Of a stretch of 64,000 bases of DNA, positions 28,701-40,344 are shown one piece after another. Each line of letters opens with the position of its first letter. Position 1 is the stretch's first letter. The DNA comes from Octopus vulgaris (taxonomy: Eukaryota), in contig OX597817.1 in assembly GCA_951406725.2 (NCBI GenBank), positions 64,728,001 through 64,792,000 on the forward strand, given 5' to 3'. The notes under the pieces were generated by a model. That model was given only the letters and a program-made list of their open reading frames with translations, was not told the DNA's origin and ran no database searches. Both the position numbers and the translations under genes were made by a program.

Positions 28701-30271
28701 TTGGTTCCTTCCACCTCATACGGCTCCTATACGATGAATATATGTTCTATTTAGTAGAGCACAAAGTAGCTGCAGCCACAGATGAGACCCCTATTGCTGT
28801 GATGGGAAAAGTCAGACAGGTAACTATTCACTCCGTTCAGCAATCATTTCTAATATTGTCTTTCCTCCTCCTCCTTTTTCTGTTTTTCTCTCTCTCTTGG
28901 AGTTTTGTTGCTCCAAACCATACATATTGAGCTAATAGAAAAATAAAAAACTTTTTAATGAAAGAAATCATGCTCAAACGCAGTTGTTTTTATTATAACA
29001 TACTTGTTTCTTTCTCTCTGGGGAGTTTTTCTTATTTTTTATTTTGTTATTTTTAATCTCATATAGCAGTTAGTAACTCAGCCCTTTTTGATGATCTAGT
29101 TTTACACCTTGTTGACATTATTGTTGATAACCTGCTGTATGTATGGTCCAACTAATTTTGGAAATATACTGCTTCGATATGTTATTCTCTTTCCAAAGTC
29201 TACATGATGTAATGAACAATGCCTTGCTCTAAATTACTGAAGAAGGTTTTCACAAGCAGCCTTACACACAATATATATTTCGTAGTTGGAAATACTTCCA
29301 AATTTATATCATTTGGGAAGTCATGGATACAACATTTCAGATGCTTTACCCTTCAGTAGTTTTCACTGTATTGGCAGCATTCATTCCAAGCAACAGCTTT
29401 CTTTCAGTATTCAGTTGTTGAAACTGATAATGATTTTTTGAAAAGTATGAACATCACACCATCCACATCCTCTCATATTATCCTAAGACTCTATTTCTGC
29501 TTATGGATATTATATTGCGATTGTTAGACTGTTAAAAATATGTGGATCCTGATTACATAGCTATATTTCTCTGTTCCAGTTCTTTCAGAACCTTTACTTT
29601 TACATCTTCTGGTATTACTGTGATAAATACCAGTTACATATGCTATATGTACTCTCTCTTTAAAATTGACCTTGTACTTAGTTAAATGAAGTCATTATAA
29701 TTGTTAGTATGTTTAAAGGTGGAGTTGATTTAAGCAGTAGAAAGCCAGATTAAATTCATTGCAGTATTTAATTTCATTTCTCTTTGATTTGAGTTCAAAT
29801 CTGCTGATGTTAACTTTATCTTTCCTTTCTCCAGTGTTGAAAAATAAGTGTTATATATTATATTTATATATATATTTTTTTCTGTTACAGTTCATTGACC
29901 TTGGTAATGCTGCAGCACTAAATTCCTTGGATACTTGTAATGTTTCAATTGCTGCTGGTGTAAAGCCCTCCTACATTCCACATAATACTGTCATCAACAG
30001 TTCTGGAAATGGTCATGCAGTAGACTCGGTAACAACCAGTACGAATGCTGCCACCACTACTGTGATGGTTCTCACTCCTGCCATATCACACACCGGCAAT
30101 ATAAGTACCACTGCCCAGACAAACCCAATTAGTAACACTCACCAAGTTAGTCTGCGAGCCACTCCAGCCACAACACAGCTTCCTGCCGGTCAGAAGACAA
30201 TCGTAGTGATGCCTGTTTCGACCGTCGGGGCAGGTGAGGTTTACCCGATGAAGCGGATGAAGACAGAATGA
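7674..30271 (+). CDS. RFX3: RFX1/2/3-family (DAF-19-like) transcription factor gene, 12 coding exons visible, 5' end not identified
   Basis: Exons 7674-7752, 10467-10607, 11035-11216, 12951-13067, 14184-14418, 16414-16508, 17448-17602, 19222-19319, 21908-22057, 24959-25167, 28657-28810(/28819) and 29891-30271 join with GT-AG and matching phases into about 664 aa. Motifs [78 protein letters not shown] and [24 protein letters not shown] are hallmarks of RFX1-3. The symbol is approximate: invertebrates have one co-ortholog of RFX1/2/3. Confidence 0.97.
8150..8780 (-). pseudogene. Degenerate LINE reverse transcriptase C-terminal remnant
   Basis: Minus strand reads roughly W.SHI..IAK...LAFL.RA.KYF...SSHIWG, typical of the non-LTR RT thumb, with frameshifts. 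Confidence 0.55.
10467..10607 (+). CDS. RFX3: RFX exon (MATNIAHVQ...[10 protein letters not shown])
   Basis: tcttag acceptor, gtaagt donor, 141 nt; ends in the conserved HTTRASPAT. Confidence 0.95.
11035..11216 (+). CDS. RFX3: RFX exon, DNA-binding domain part 1
   Basis: [29 protein letters not shown]...RTRRLGTR; gcag acceptor, gtgagt donor. Confidence 0.98.
11480..12480 (+). pseudogene. Old LINE (RTE-X-like) 3' remnant in RFX intron
   Basis: Fragments SAALVLCY...VW, LITGCI...ILACIA and LRIGFGR resemble the RT C-terminus of such LINEs; many stops. Confidence 0.5.
12951..13067 (+). CDS. RFX3: RFX exon, DNA-binding domain part 2
   Basis: [33 protein letters not shown]; taaag acceptor, gtgagt donor, phase 2-2. 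Confidence 0.97.
13378..13686 (+). mobile_element. Young 5'-truncated SINE/RTE-LINE 3' tail with (GAT)n end and CACATA target-site duplication
   Basis: CpG-rich; ggcatccagctgtagaaac...ggacgttaaacgatgatgatga; CACATA at 13378-13383 and 13681-13686. Confidence 0.85.
14184..14418 (+). CDS. RFX3: RFX exon (linker into B domain)
   Basis: MRFANNK...[16 protein letters not shown]...IYREHAE; cccag acceptor, gtaaat donor. Confidence 0.95.
14545..14690 (-). mobile_element. tRNA-derived SINE head (reverse, degenerate)
   Basis: cagtttctgactatgaaatctacttacaagactttg...gggaagcaaacttct matches the family in reverse. Confidence 0.6.
15766..16022 (+). pseudogene. RTE-clade LINE fragment (Cys/His insert and RT C-terminal region)
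   Basis: [24 protein letters not shown]...[24 protein letters not shown]. Confidence 0.75.
16024..16189 (+). mobile_element. Partial TTAA-type MITE (same family as 24543-24711)
   Basis: Ends tttgaatactaaaggg-TTAA; internal similarity to 24590-24711. Confidence 0.65.
16414..16508 (+). CDS. RFX3: RFX exon (B domain)
   Basis: [23 protein letters not shown]; tttcag acceptor, gtagct donor. Confidence 0.95.
17448..17602 (+). CDS. RFX3: RFX exon (C domain start)
   Basis: [14 protein letters not shown]...[18 protein letters not shown]; acag acceptor, gtaagt donor. Confidence 0.96.
17678..18296 (+). mobile_element. tRNA-derived SINE interrupted by a foldback MITE
   Basis: gcaggcatggctgtgtggtaagaagc | 297 bp insert | ttgcttcccagtcacatggttcc...gacaagtaaaaga. 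Confidence 0.8.
17704..18000. mobile_element. Palindromic MITE-like insertion
   Basis: About 105 bp arms (17750-17855 vs 17889-17992) are reverse complements; it interrupts a SINE. Confidence 0.8.
19222..19319 (+). CDS. RFX3: RFX exon (C domain)
   Basis: [32 protein letters not shown]; ttcag acceptor, gtatga donor. Confidence 0.97.
19781..20079 (+). mobile_element. SINE/RTE-tail repeat
   Basis: gggcatccagctgtaaaa (twice)...catgctagcatggaaggcagatgttaaatgatggtgatgatg. Confidence 0.8.
20120..20415 (-). mobile_element. SINE/RTE-tail repeat, inverted relative to its neighbour
   Basis: catcatcatcgtttaacgtctgctttccatgctagcatggg...tacagctggatgcccttcc. Confidence 0.85.
20445..20528 (-). ncRNA. Type I hammerhead ribozyme motif (PLE-type), intact core
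   Basis: Minus strand: GCAG-CUGAGGA-[57 nt stem II]-GAAA-CGAUCG-UA-CUGC; stem I GCAG/CUGC, palindromic stem III, GUA cleavage triplet. Confidence 0.75.
21908..22057 (+). CDS. RFX3: RFX exon (dimerisation domain)
   Basis: [50 protein letters not shown]; gcag acceptor, gtaagt donor. Confidence 0.98.
24543..24711. mobile_element. piggyBac-like MITE
   Basis: TTAA-CCCTTTAGCATTCA...TGAATGCTAAAGTG-TTAA: terminal inverted repeats flanked by TTAA. Confidence 0.75.
24959..25167 (+). CDS. RFX3: RFX exon (dimerisation domain)
   Basis: EQASWVCQC...[15 protein letters not shown]; gtag acceptor, gtacat donor. Confidence 0.97.
25821..26226. repeat. Near-perfect 203 bp tandem duplication
   Basis: 25821-26023 equals 26024-26226 except acaacGaaaa/acaacAaaaa. 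Confidence 0.95.
27800..27940 (-). mobile_element. tRNA-derived SINE head (reverse, degenerate)
   Basis: gtttccctctaccagatccactcacagggctttg...cacttgcccaagg...gcagtgg. Confidence 0.65.
28306..28532 (+). mobile_element. tRNA-derived SINE (internally deleted)
   Basis: caggcatggcagtgtggtaagaag...ttcagtcccactgcatggcaccttg...tgaaacaagtaagataaaag. Confidence 0.75.
28657..28819 (+). CDS. RFX3: RFX exon (end of dimerisation domain); two in-frame donors, after 28810 and after 28819
   Basis: [51 protein letters not shown](VRQ). Confidence 0.95.
29891..30271 (+). CDS. RFX3: RFX terminal coding exon (FIDLGN...Thr-rich...YPMKRMKTE*)
   Basis: Strong ttttctgttacag acceptor, phase 0. FIDL aligns to RFX3 FGDL and KRMKTE to RFX3 KREKTE; TGA at 30269-30271. 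Confidence 0.9.
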   Translation, partial: FIDLGNAAALNSLDTCNVSIAAGVKPSYIPHNTVINSSGNGHAVDSVTTSTNAATTTVMVLTPAISHTGNISTTAQTNPISNTHQVSLRATPATTQLPAGQKTIVVMPVSTVGAGEVYPMKRMKTE

Positions 30272-32215
30272 GAGATGCTCACTTAGGAATCACCTCTTTT
30301 TTTTTTCAACCTCTGTATTTGGGGCAAACAACACAAACAAGCAAAAAAAATAGTAATAACAACAAAACAAAAAGAAGAAACTTGGTTGAACAGTTTTAAA
30401 TGTGATATTTTTAAAACTTGTGGAAAACTGTCACAAAATGTTTGTATTCTTGACTATGAATCTAACTCTGTATGTTTGTGTGACTAGATTTATAAGTACT
30501 GCAGATGTGTATTTGTGTGTGTGCATGTGTATTTGACTGTGTGGTCACACTTACATATATACGAGAGAAACAAGAATGAAAAACTTTCAGTGTTTCCCCC
30601 CATCCCCACCCCAGATATTGCTATTAAAAAAGGAGGCTGGGTTTATTATGAACTAAAATAGTTCTGGAGAATTATCTAAAGGTAGGAATTGTCCAGATGT
30701 GGAACATTTCATATACTTATGTATATATGATGCCTTCAACCTGGTTGGGTACTACAGTGGTGGACACCCTTTTCAACTAGTCCTCCTCGACTATCTTCGA
30801 TGTAATATGGGATTATTCCACTCCATAGAATATTGACATCATTGAACAATTTTCTCTTTTTTTTTTCTCTCTCTCTCTCTCTCTTTCTTTCACATTTTAA
30901 CAATGGCCAAAAGTTGTACAAATCTTCATTGTAAGCAATCATTTAGTGGCCTGTTTTATGATCTTGGTATCATTTCACATCACCCTTTCAATATGGTTTT
31001 TTTTTCCCCCTCTGAAAGTTCTAATTAGACCAATTTTTGCATAGCAGTACTTGTTATCAAATTCTATACACACAAGAGAAGCATAACAACATGAACATGT
31101 ATTGCTATCAAAACTCAACACTACTGTTCTCCCATTCAGTAGCTACTTGGGCTGACACTCTTGCTAATGGTTGTTAGTGCCCTTTTGAATTATTTATTTA
31201 AAGTTTAGCTTTCAGACTCTTTAAAGCCTTCTAATGCTACGATATTTTCAACCCTTGAAAATGAAAATTACAAACACAGACTCCACCTCACCACTATTGG
31301 CCAGTTGATTTATTAGTTGTTCATTAAAGACAAACCAGTTAAAAATGATCAAATCAGAGTGTAAGCTACCATATCTAACTGTCAGTGTTGTTTGCTACTG
31401 GCAGTTTTCTTTCTTACCACTGATTTTGTTTTACTGGCAATAAGTATCCTGAACTTCTATTTCCTTCTATTAGATATTATTTTTTTTTTATATAACTCTC
31501 CAGTATTGCCTGCAAATCCACTGAATATATAAGGCTTCAGCAATAATAAATGTGAGCAGGTTTTTTTTTTAAATGTCATTTTTACCTGTTCATTTTTTTT
31601 TTTAATCATTTTTTCCCCCTCCTTTAATTAACTGGTTGTCTTGTTCTAGAAGTCATTCCCCATTGTAGTACCCTTAATTCTACCTCTCTGTGCCATTCCC
31701 TCCCTGACAACTGTTCAGTGCGCGTCTTCTGCCATTTGTCGGCTTATTTATTTAATTTTGTTTCTATTTATTTTTATTTTTATAATTTACAAATAGTATC
31801 GTGTAAATTTTCTTTCTGCTCAACATGTGATAAAAAAAAATTATGTTATTTATCAAAGTGCAGGTCTCACACTAGTCGGGGTCGAACCCTTTGTTGCTCT
31901 CTCCTTCTTTCGAATATCGCCTTACTGTTAGCTTCTGTGTCCTGTTGCCATTAAACCTAGACCCTGGGCTTTACACATGCATCTATAGATATATTATCAT
32001 ATAATATCATTGACATGCAACAACTGATTGTTAGTTATCTTGTTTTGTTTTGATAAGTGTCTCGTTTGTTTGCTTCTGCTGCCAACCATTGTCTCTGTAC
32101 ATCTGTTTGACAGTCGATTAATCTTAGGTGTGTTCTGTAAAGAGACTGAAACCAGTAAATTTCCCCACTTCTGACCAGTTATCTGGTGAAAAAAATAAAT
32201 GTATAAATAAAACTT
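30272..32215 (+). other. Probable RFX 3' UTR with candidate poly(A) signals
   Basis: Repeat-poor, U-rich sequence after the stop; AATAAA near 31545 and twice at about 32194-32211. The true end is unknown. Confidence 0.45.
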
Positions 32216-35200
32216 ATATTTAAAAGCTTTTTTTAAAAAAAATTTAATATTTTAAAGAAAAATTTTTGGTTAATGCAATATTTTCATTCATTCTTTTATA
32301 AACAGCCGCTTGTTTCTGCAGTCGTCATGTTGATTTTGGATGTTAATGAAAGATATATCTAGTGATAAGTATTTTCCTCCCCCATTCCTGGTGCTGCCTT
32401 TGCAAAACATGATCATTATATTTTTTTTTTCTTTAATAAATATTTTATTTTGAATGATTGTAAAACAATATTGGGGCATTCCATAAATATTAATATAAAT
32501 ATAAACTTACTTAAAATCTATAAGTATGTCAGTTTATATAAATCTACATTTTTTCTTTTTCTTTTCTTTTTTTTAAATTCTGTGTTCTAAATTGTTTTTG
32601 CTTTGTTTTATATTAATTTATTTTATTGATTTGAGGAGAGAGACTTAGCTGTATCTCATTCACAGATTCACAAAAAAAAGCACTTGGATTTGATTGTTAC
32701 AAACTTTTTTAATGAATTTTTTTTAATTTACATTCTGGTATATTTTTCTTGTTTTTTTTATTTTCATTATTTTGATTTATGTGTTTTCATTTTGTGGTTA
32801 ATTATCGTTGTCTCTCCAATTACCGTTATATCTTTTAGTTTATGTCTCAGTGTCAGGTTGACAACTTAGTTTTAGTATTGAAAAAAATCTCAGAAATCTA
32901 AGGCAAGTTATCAATAATTTATGTTTACTTTTTAATAGCTTACTGTCTATTTTCAAAAGATGTGTGTGTCTATTTCCTATGAATGCTTACAAGCATCCAC
33001 TCATATGATACAAAAATTATGTTTGAGTATAAACATGTAAATGCTAGTGTATATGCTTTGGAATTTATGAGGTATTTATCTCAACTCTTGTGAATTCTCT
33101 TTAAGTTTTATTTTTTTTATTTAAATCAAAGTTAAAAGATATAAAATATATTTAGTTTTCATTTTCTGTCTTGTGTAACTATAAACACCTGTAACATTTA
33201 GTTAAATTTTTTTTTTTTTCTAGATTCCTTCTTGTTTCACTATTAAGAAGATAGGATAATGTATAGTTAGTTCTTCAACATCTGCTGTTTGGTGATGCCT
33301 GTTGTCTGTCAAATAATGTTTTGTATGAATCTAGCTACCTAAATTCTGTTTTTAAAACTATTATGATGAAGTGGTCTAAATTCCATGATTTTTTTGGAAT
33401 TGGGATGGGACTGTCTTCACCAAGTAGCAAATATTGACAACACTTCCTCAGTTATAAAGTAACTTCTTATGCCAGATTACTAGTGACACTCTTGCTGCTT
33501 AGTGAAGGGTGTGTTAAGAACTATTGAAGCAAAACATATGTTACATAGTACAGGCATTGACAGAAACAGTTATATTGTACTAGTCTCATTGGGAAGGGTG
33601 GGGAGTCAACTAGCATACCTTCAATTAGAGTCTGTTGTCCATTTGGAAAAGCTTTAACTCCCACAACTGCAGACACCATTGAAGTAGAGTGGATAAAGCA
33701 TAACACTAATGATTAATGAACCATACTGATGTTGGAAATTTAGTATGGCTCAGCAATTTTTTTTTAATGCTATAATGTCTGCTTCACAATATCACATTCC
33801 CAAATTCATTGGTTTTCATATTTCCAGTAAGTTATTACCACTAGTTTTTTTAGTGTAAATCAGTTGATCCTAACCCTTCTTGTAAATAGAAACATATTAA
33901 TCTAAAATGTCAATCTTTACACTAGCATAATTTAAATGTATGGAAGGTGTGGTATTAGGACTAAGAGAAAGGTGTTGATCTTATTCAAATGTCATGGCTG
34001 CAAATTGTTCTAGTAAACCATTGAGAAAATAGTGAAAATAAAAAGGTTTTTGAGAAAGAGAGAAAGCCAGCCTCCACTTGTCTCACACCATTGAGACTAT
34101 AAAAGTAGTTGTATATAATTTTCAATAAAGACCATTTAACTTGATCTAGTGTTTCAAAGTGGAAAATATTGACTAAGACCTACAGTTTGGTCAGTGTGAT
34201 GTTGAGTGTTTGTAGACATAAGATGTCTACAAAGCTACCACTATCAATCAGTGAGTCTTAAAATTTGTGCATATGATTAACTTAAATGGTATCTGGCATC
34301 TTTCTACCCATATTCCTGTTAAGATAAAATAGCCAAGTGAATAAGGTATTGGGTCACCAACATCCTTTATGTGTGTTCAAACCTGTTTAAGTGTTTCATT
34401 ATATTTCTGGACAGGTCAATTCTTTCTTCCATCCTTATAAGCAAGAATAAATATTAGATTTTCTGAGAAAGAGAAATGGTCAGCAGAGTTGATCCTTCAT
34501 TGTTTGTATATCTCAATTAAATTTATTACATAGATAAAAGAAAAACATCATGCCTATTACATTAGCTTAAATTTCCCCTCCTCTCTATATAGAGCTAACA
34601 ACAAAAAGCTAGACACAAAAATTAAGTCATAGCAGAGCTTTTTCTGAAGTTTGTTTTTGCTTAAATATATTTACTGGTGTTAACAGGTTAACATATTCAT
34701 CTTGGTTTCTCAACATGTCCAAGGTCCACTTTTCTATCCTTATATTTTTTGGCCCACATCATGGTGCAGCTCCCTTTTACTTCATGTATTCTCACTGGAA
34801 TATCTACAGATTGATCAGTTAGTTCTGTTTCCCTTGACCCTTTTCTTTCACACTTCCATTAGTATTTTTTCATGGGTTTATGGATAATACCCCGTAAATG
34901 TTTAAGAGAGATGGAGGAGCAGATTAGAATGAGATTGCTTTTTGACTTAGAAACTAAGTTTCAAGATTGTTCCATTACTATAAAACAGTTGCATGCAAAC
35001 TGTAACATGTGGGACCTAACAAAAATTTGTCTTGAATAAGTAAGGTTGCTAATGTTTTCAGTAATAATTACTGTTTTGAGAAAATTCTTATATAAAATTA
35101 CAAGAGTAGATTTTATTTTAAATGAAATGTCTTGTATCCTGGGACTCGAAACAATTTCAAGTTGGTTGGCATCAGAAAGACCAAGTAATCTGGTAGAGTT

Positions 35201-36319
35201 GACATGTGAACTGGATGTTAATTCATTTAGAAATAAACTCAATACTTGAATCATCTAATTTTCATCAATGACAAACCATAGTTAGGAGTTTTTGTTATAT
35301 TTCTGGGATAATCAGATTACATCGATATTTATGTTATTTATATATTTTGATTGTTATATTCTTCAATTGTTTATATACATTGCCTTAGGTTGGGTTTGAA
35401 CTTATGTTCATTCAGGTTCTATTTTCCAGTTTGATTGTCTTAGTATAATAGTTAAAACATAAAGTGCAAATATATCTCGGGAGTATATAAACATTTAGAT
35501 TAAGGAGTATAGTTTTTTAACAACTTAATTACTGTGAAAATGATAGTATTTTATCAGCTTTGTCCTTCTGGCTACTATCATGAAGACAAGGAGTAAAAAA
35601 GATTCTGGGAACACTCATCATTTATAGTATTTTGTCATAGCTGTTCTTTTGTTGTACTGCACTTCTACATTACATATACCCACAAATAAAGAGTATAACC
35701 TATTATATTTATACTCCTTACATCTAACCTATACTCTTCTGTTTCCAATCTCACCCATAAACTATCAACTTCCTTTTAGATTTCCTCCACTACGACCACC
35801 CCTCTATTTTTATTGATGTATAACCCATGCTAGCATGGAAAGCGGACATTAAATGATGATGATGATGATGATGAGGGTAATAATGGGCTGGTAGGCATTT
35901 GATAGGATATAAGCAGATTTGTAAGCTTATATCCTATCATTGGTATATTTTGTCCTGTTTAACTGGCAGCATGGTTAAGAAGTTTATTTAGCAAGCAAGT
36001 GGTTCTGATTTTGATTCCACTGTGCTGAAGGCTATTGTATATGTACATACCATTCGACAAGAATGTAATACATCAATAGTTGGTTTAAAATTGCCAAGTT
36101 TATTAGAATGAGCCACTGCCCCCTTCTCCTACATATAACTTAAAACATTTAGATATATCAAAGAAAATTGACTACATGTACCACAGAATAAAATATATGA
36201 TATAAAAAAAAAAAGGTGCTGTTACCTTTGAGAAAAAATATGGTACTTTGTTGAAGCTTTCTCAGCTTTTGTCTTCACTATCTTATCAGCTGTTGGATTG
36301 CAAAAATTAAAGTCTAGTT

Positions 36320-36765
36320 GTGGATTGGTTGAATTGCCAGAGCATTCAGGTGAAATGACATGCAGCATTTAGTTAGGACCTTTTATTGTCTGAATTCAAA
36401 TCTCACTATAGTCAGAAATGTCTGGCCTTGTGCCTTTGTTAAAAATTATTATTGTTGCTTTTAGGCAGTGGGTTAGCAGTTTTGTCAGTTTGGGACAAAA
36501 TATTTTGGTATTTGCTCAAGCTCTACATTCAGAGCTCAAATCCCATTGAGATAGATTTTACTTTTCATCCTTCTGGAGTTGATAATACAAGTATTAATTC
36601 AGAATTGTTGTCATCTGTACATGACATTAAGGAGGTCATCCAGCCATAGAAACCATGCCAGAGCTGACACTGGAGCTCAACACTGTCTTACTTGTGGCTC
36701 ATCAGATCCTGTTGAACTGCCCAACCCATGCCAGCATGGAAAATGGATGTTAAATGATGATCATC
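36320..36765 (+). mobile_element. Cluster of degenerate SINE pieces
   Basis: tRNA-like heads (ctgaattcaaatc; cagagctcaaatccc) and an RTE-type tail cccatgccagcatggaaaatggatgttaaatgatgat. Confidence 0.6.
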
Positions 36766-39671
36766 AATATCACTAATATCTTTGAGAAAGACAGGAATAT
36801 CACATCATATTACCTTACCTCATGTCCTATAAGAAATGGTTTGCTGATACAGCAACAAACTGAATTTAAAAGTTTCGGTTTCAAGTTTAAATCCTACTAG
36901 AGTTGACTCCTGTCTTTTTGCCCCATCCCCATTGTTGATAAAAGGATTATCATTGATATACTGAGATCAGTTCCAGCTTTCTCTATCTTAGATTAATTAA
37001 AAGAAATTATTAAGATAAACAAGTGTAATCAGTAATGTAGCGGCCTAACATGCTATATATACCCAAATCCCACCTACAGACTTGTTCTTTAAAGAGCAGT
37101 TGATGACAAAATGCCTTGTAGTACTTAATTCTGAGCAATATATTAATGAGAGAATTTTCTTGGATTGTTAATACTGAAGAAACATTTAATATTTAAATCT
37201 ACATTACATATCAATTGGTTTGATTCCTGGGTATGTACCAAGTTCCAGATTTAATTTGAAATAGGAACCTTTATTGCTAAACTAACAGTAACAACACCTA
37301 TTCAAACTGTATGATAGGTTTATCCAGACATGTACCAGTCTAAGCCACTGACATCTACAATAATAGTATGCAAAATTATAAACTTGTTAATAGCAACTCT
37401 ACATCTTTTTAAGCATACAATTTATATTTTCTTCTCATTTGCATAGAATTTTAAAATTTAGAATGAACAAACATTCCAGTTTGTTTCAGGTTCATTGGCA
37501 ACGGGACACCAAGTGTGGTCTAGGAAAAAATGGTTAAAGGGTGAAACCACTTTTCTGTTTGTTTTTTAACTAATTGCTGGCATTAATTTACTTTTGAAAC
37601 AAGATTTTCAAATTAACCTTTCACAAAAATACAAGATTTTCTTGTAAAAATTTCTGCTTGCCTTACAGCATCTTTTATTTCAGTTAAAAAAGATTAGAGG
37701 GCAGGTGTTATCTCCTGTTAGTTTTTCTTTATATATGTGCATATTTCAATTATAATAAGTTTAATTTTCTCCTTTGGACATTGAGGAACAGGAGGCTACT
37801 AGTGAACTGAGTCTTCAAAAGCCAGTTTTACTTTCTGATTGAATGAAGCAAGCTCACTTTACTTCTCATTCATAAGAAAGGCGTGGTTGCCACACTGTCT
37901 CATTCTTTCTTCTATGGACTGTGAGTTTTGTGCTAAGTAAGAAATCATTAATCTCTCTCTCTCTCTCTCTCTCATTGTTTGCCTAAAAATCTTAATTGTA
38001 ATAATTGGCAATCTATAATTTTTGTTTGCTTTTTTTATTTGAATCCCCATTTTTTTAAATACATAATGCTCTCTCTCTCTCTCTCTTTCTTTCTCTCTCT
38101 CTCAATTTTTTTAACAAAACACTTATTTACTGTGATTGAAAAGTGTGCAGAATTTTTTTTTGTTGATTTTTGTATCTTTGTTTTCAACTGCATTGACACA
38201 CTAGATTTGTTATAATCAATGGGGGTGGGGCCTTAACTTTGGTTCATGCTTGTTTTGAGGGTGGGTGGTGGGTATTCTTTGACAAGGGTACACAAATTTA
38301 CCCCACCTTTATTCCCCCCTTTTGCTGCTATTTGCTGGGGTTTTTGTTTTGTTTTATTTTTTTTTGTTCATTTGTTTACTTATTTCAACATTCCTAAATA
38401 TGATTGTTGTTTTTGTTGTTGTCTGACTTTTCGTTGTATGAAGGAGAAAAATACACACAAGACAGAATATTAAATACAAATCTGACTGGGCATTCATTCT
38501 TCCCTATTATTTACCTTAATTTCCTTGTATTTTGTCTTTCCTGCCTTCTATATTAGTGTATGTAATGTGTGTGTGTGTGTACACAAACATAGTGTGTCAG
38601 CATACAACCCTAAGTCACCCTTCCATGTTCTCTCCATGAATATAGGTGGTAGTGAAGGCACTTCAAAAACCAACAGGGTTTTTCTAATTTCTTATTTAAT
38701 TTTGTGTGGGGGTACCTTCTACCTTGTTTAAATCTAATGTTATTGATGAATTGCTAGAATCTGAAAAAATAATTAAAATGCCTGTTTATTTCTGGAGAAA
38801 CTTATTGATAGTCTTTGGTTTTTGTTGTAATTTTGCCTCTGCAAACTTCTGATCAAAGGCATTTCAGCCATGACCATCCTGCCTTTTTACCCTATATGCT
38901 GGGAACCCATAGCCACATTACCAAATGTATCCTTTTTTCTGAGATGGTAGTCTGTAGTTTGAAGGAGATTTGGCTATTATTTCTAGCAGGTTGAGTTATG
39001 AAGGTGCTTTCATTAGAAGTCATAAATCATAGTTTTTTGAACAACTCAACTGGCTATGGAAATGGTTGGTATTTATAAATACCATGGCAAGATACAGTTC
39101 ACCTTGGTAATCACTGTTTTCTTCACAAGTGTTTCATTACCTCAGTGCTACCCTTAGCCAAGATCATTCAAAATCTTCTTAATTATATTTCATAAACAAG
39201 TAATATGTCAAGGTACAGTTGAACACAGTAAGAAACAATGGAGATGGAGGAAGCTGATAATATCACCAGTGATCCTTTAGTTCACAGTTCTGGCGAAAGA
39301 TAGACTTCCAGTGATGTTTTGTCCATGGTATGTAATGTCTTTAAATAGAGTCTCTCTCTTTCTTCCTTTATCTACACTTATGGGAGCTCATAATTAACTA
39401 TATCCATTTTATATATGGTTACAAGACACTGATCTGATCATGATGTGTTAAGTGGATAGTGTATTGGTCACTGCTCACAAGTTGTATGTTCATGTTATAT
39501 CACTAACCAAAGCACAGTTTGGTCTTTCTGTTTTATCTATGTGACAGCAGATTAGTTGTATGGAACACTGAACTGAATGGAAATTGATGGTTTAAGTGGT
39601 TTCAGATACTGAAAAATAATCTTCCCGAACATCTATATGATGATGTTGATGGTGATGCTTTGTTTTAATTT

Positions 39672-39838
39672 AGCCACATGCGTGGCTGTATGGCTAAGAA
39701 GTTAGCTTTGCAACTAAGTGGTTCTGAATTCAATCCCATGTGCATGACCTTGAGCAAGTCTCTTCTAGCTTAACCTTGGGTTGACTAATAACTTAGGAGT
39801 AGAATTTGCTATACGGGAACTATAGAAGCTTATCGTAT
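39672..39838 (+). mobile_element. tRNA-derived SINE (degenerate)
   Basis: gcgtggctgtatggctaagaag...accttgagcaagtctcttcta. Confidence 0.65.
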
Positions 39839-40344
39839 GCATGTGTGTGTGTAGAAATCAGTAAAGGATGTGATCAGTGACAAGAACAACCAGTGTTCTT
39901 GCAATATTTTTACTGCATTGATGAAATGTTCTCATATTCCCTTGTTACTCAAAAATGCAGTGATTGGCTCATTGGTATCATTTACTGATGATAGTTCACC
40001 AAATGCAATGTTATATTAAATAAACAGGGCTAATATCTAATGCAGTTAGAATATCTTTGATTGAATCAATCTCAATTTGTCACTGAAAAATATTTCATTG
40101 ACCTTAAGGTTTAAGGTTAGAGCTGAGGCACTAAAAGCAGTTAAAATTTGAATGAGTATGTGTGTGTGTTTGTCAAAATTTTGATATTTTGTCAACAACA
40201 GATGAGGAGTTGAGCATGTTTGCATTCATTGTGTGTGTGTGCATCTCCAATTTCCTGAAAATTACTTTGTCATTCCTCCGTTCTATCTTTTCCATTATTG
40301 TGTGTGTGGTCATCTGGTTCCTCCAACTTCAGTGCAACAAGCCA

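Noticed and set aside
34961-35254. ORFs open on both strands (97 and 67 aa)
   Set aside because: No recognisable motif and no consistent splice sites; cannot be supported without a search.
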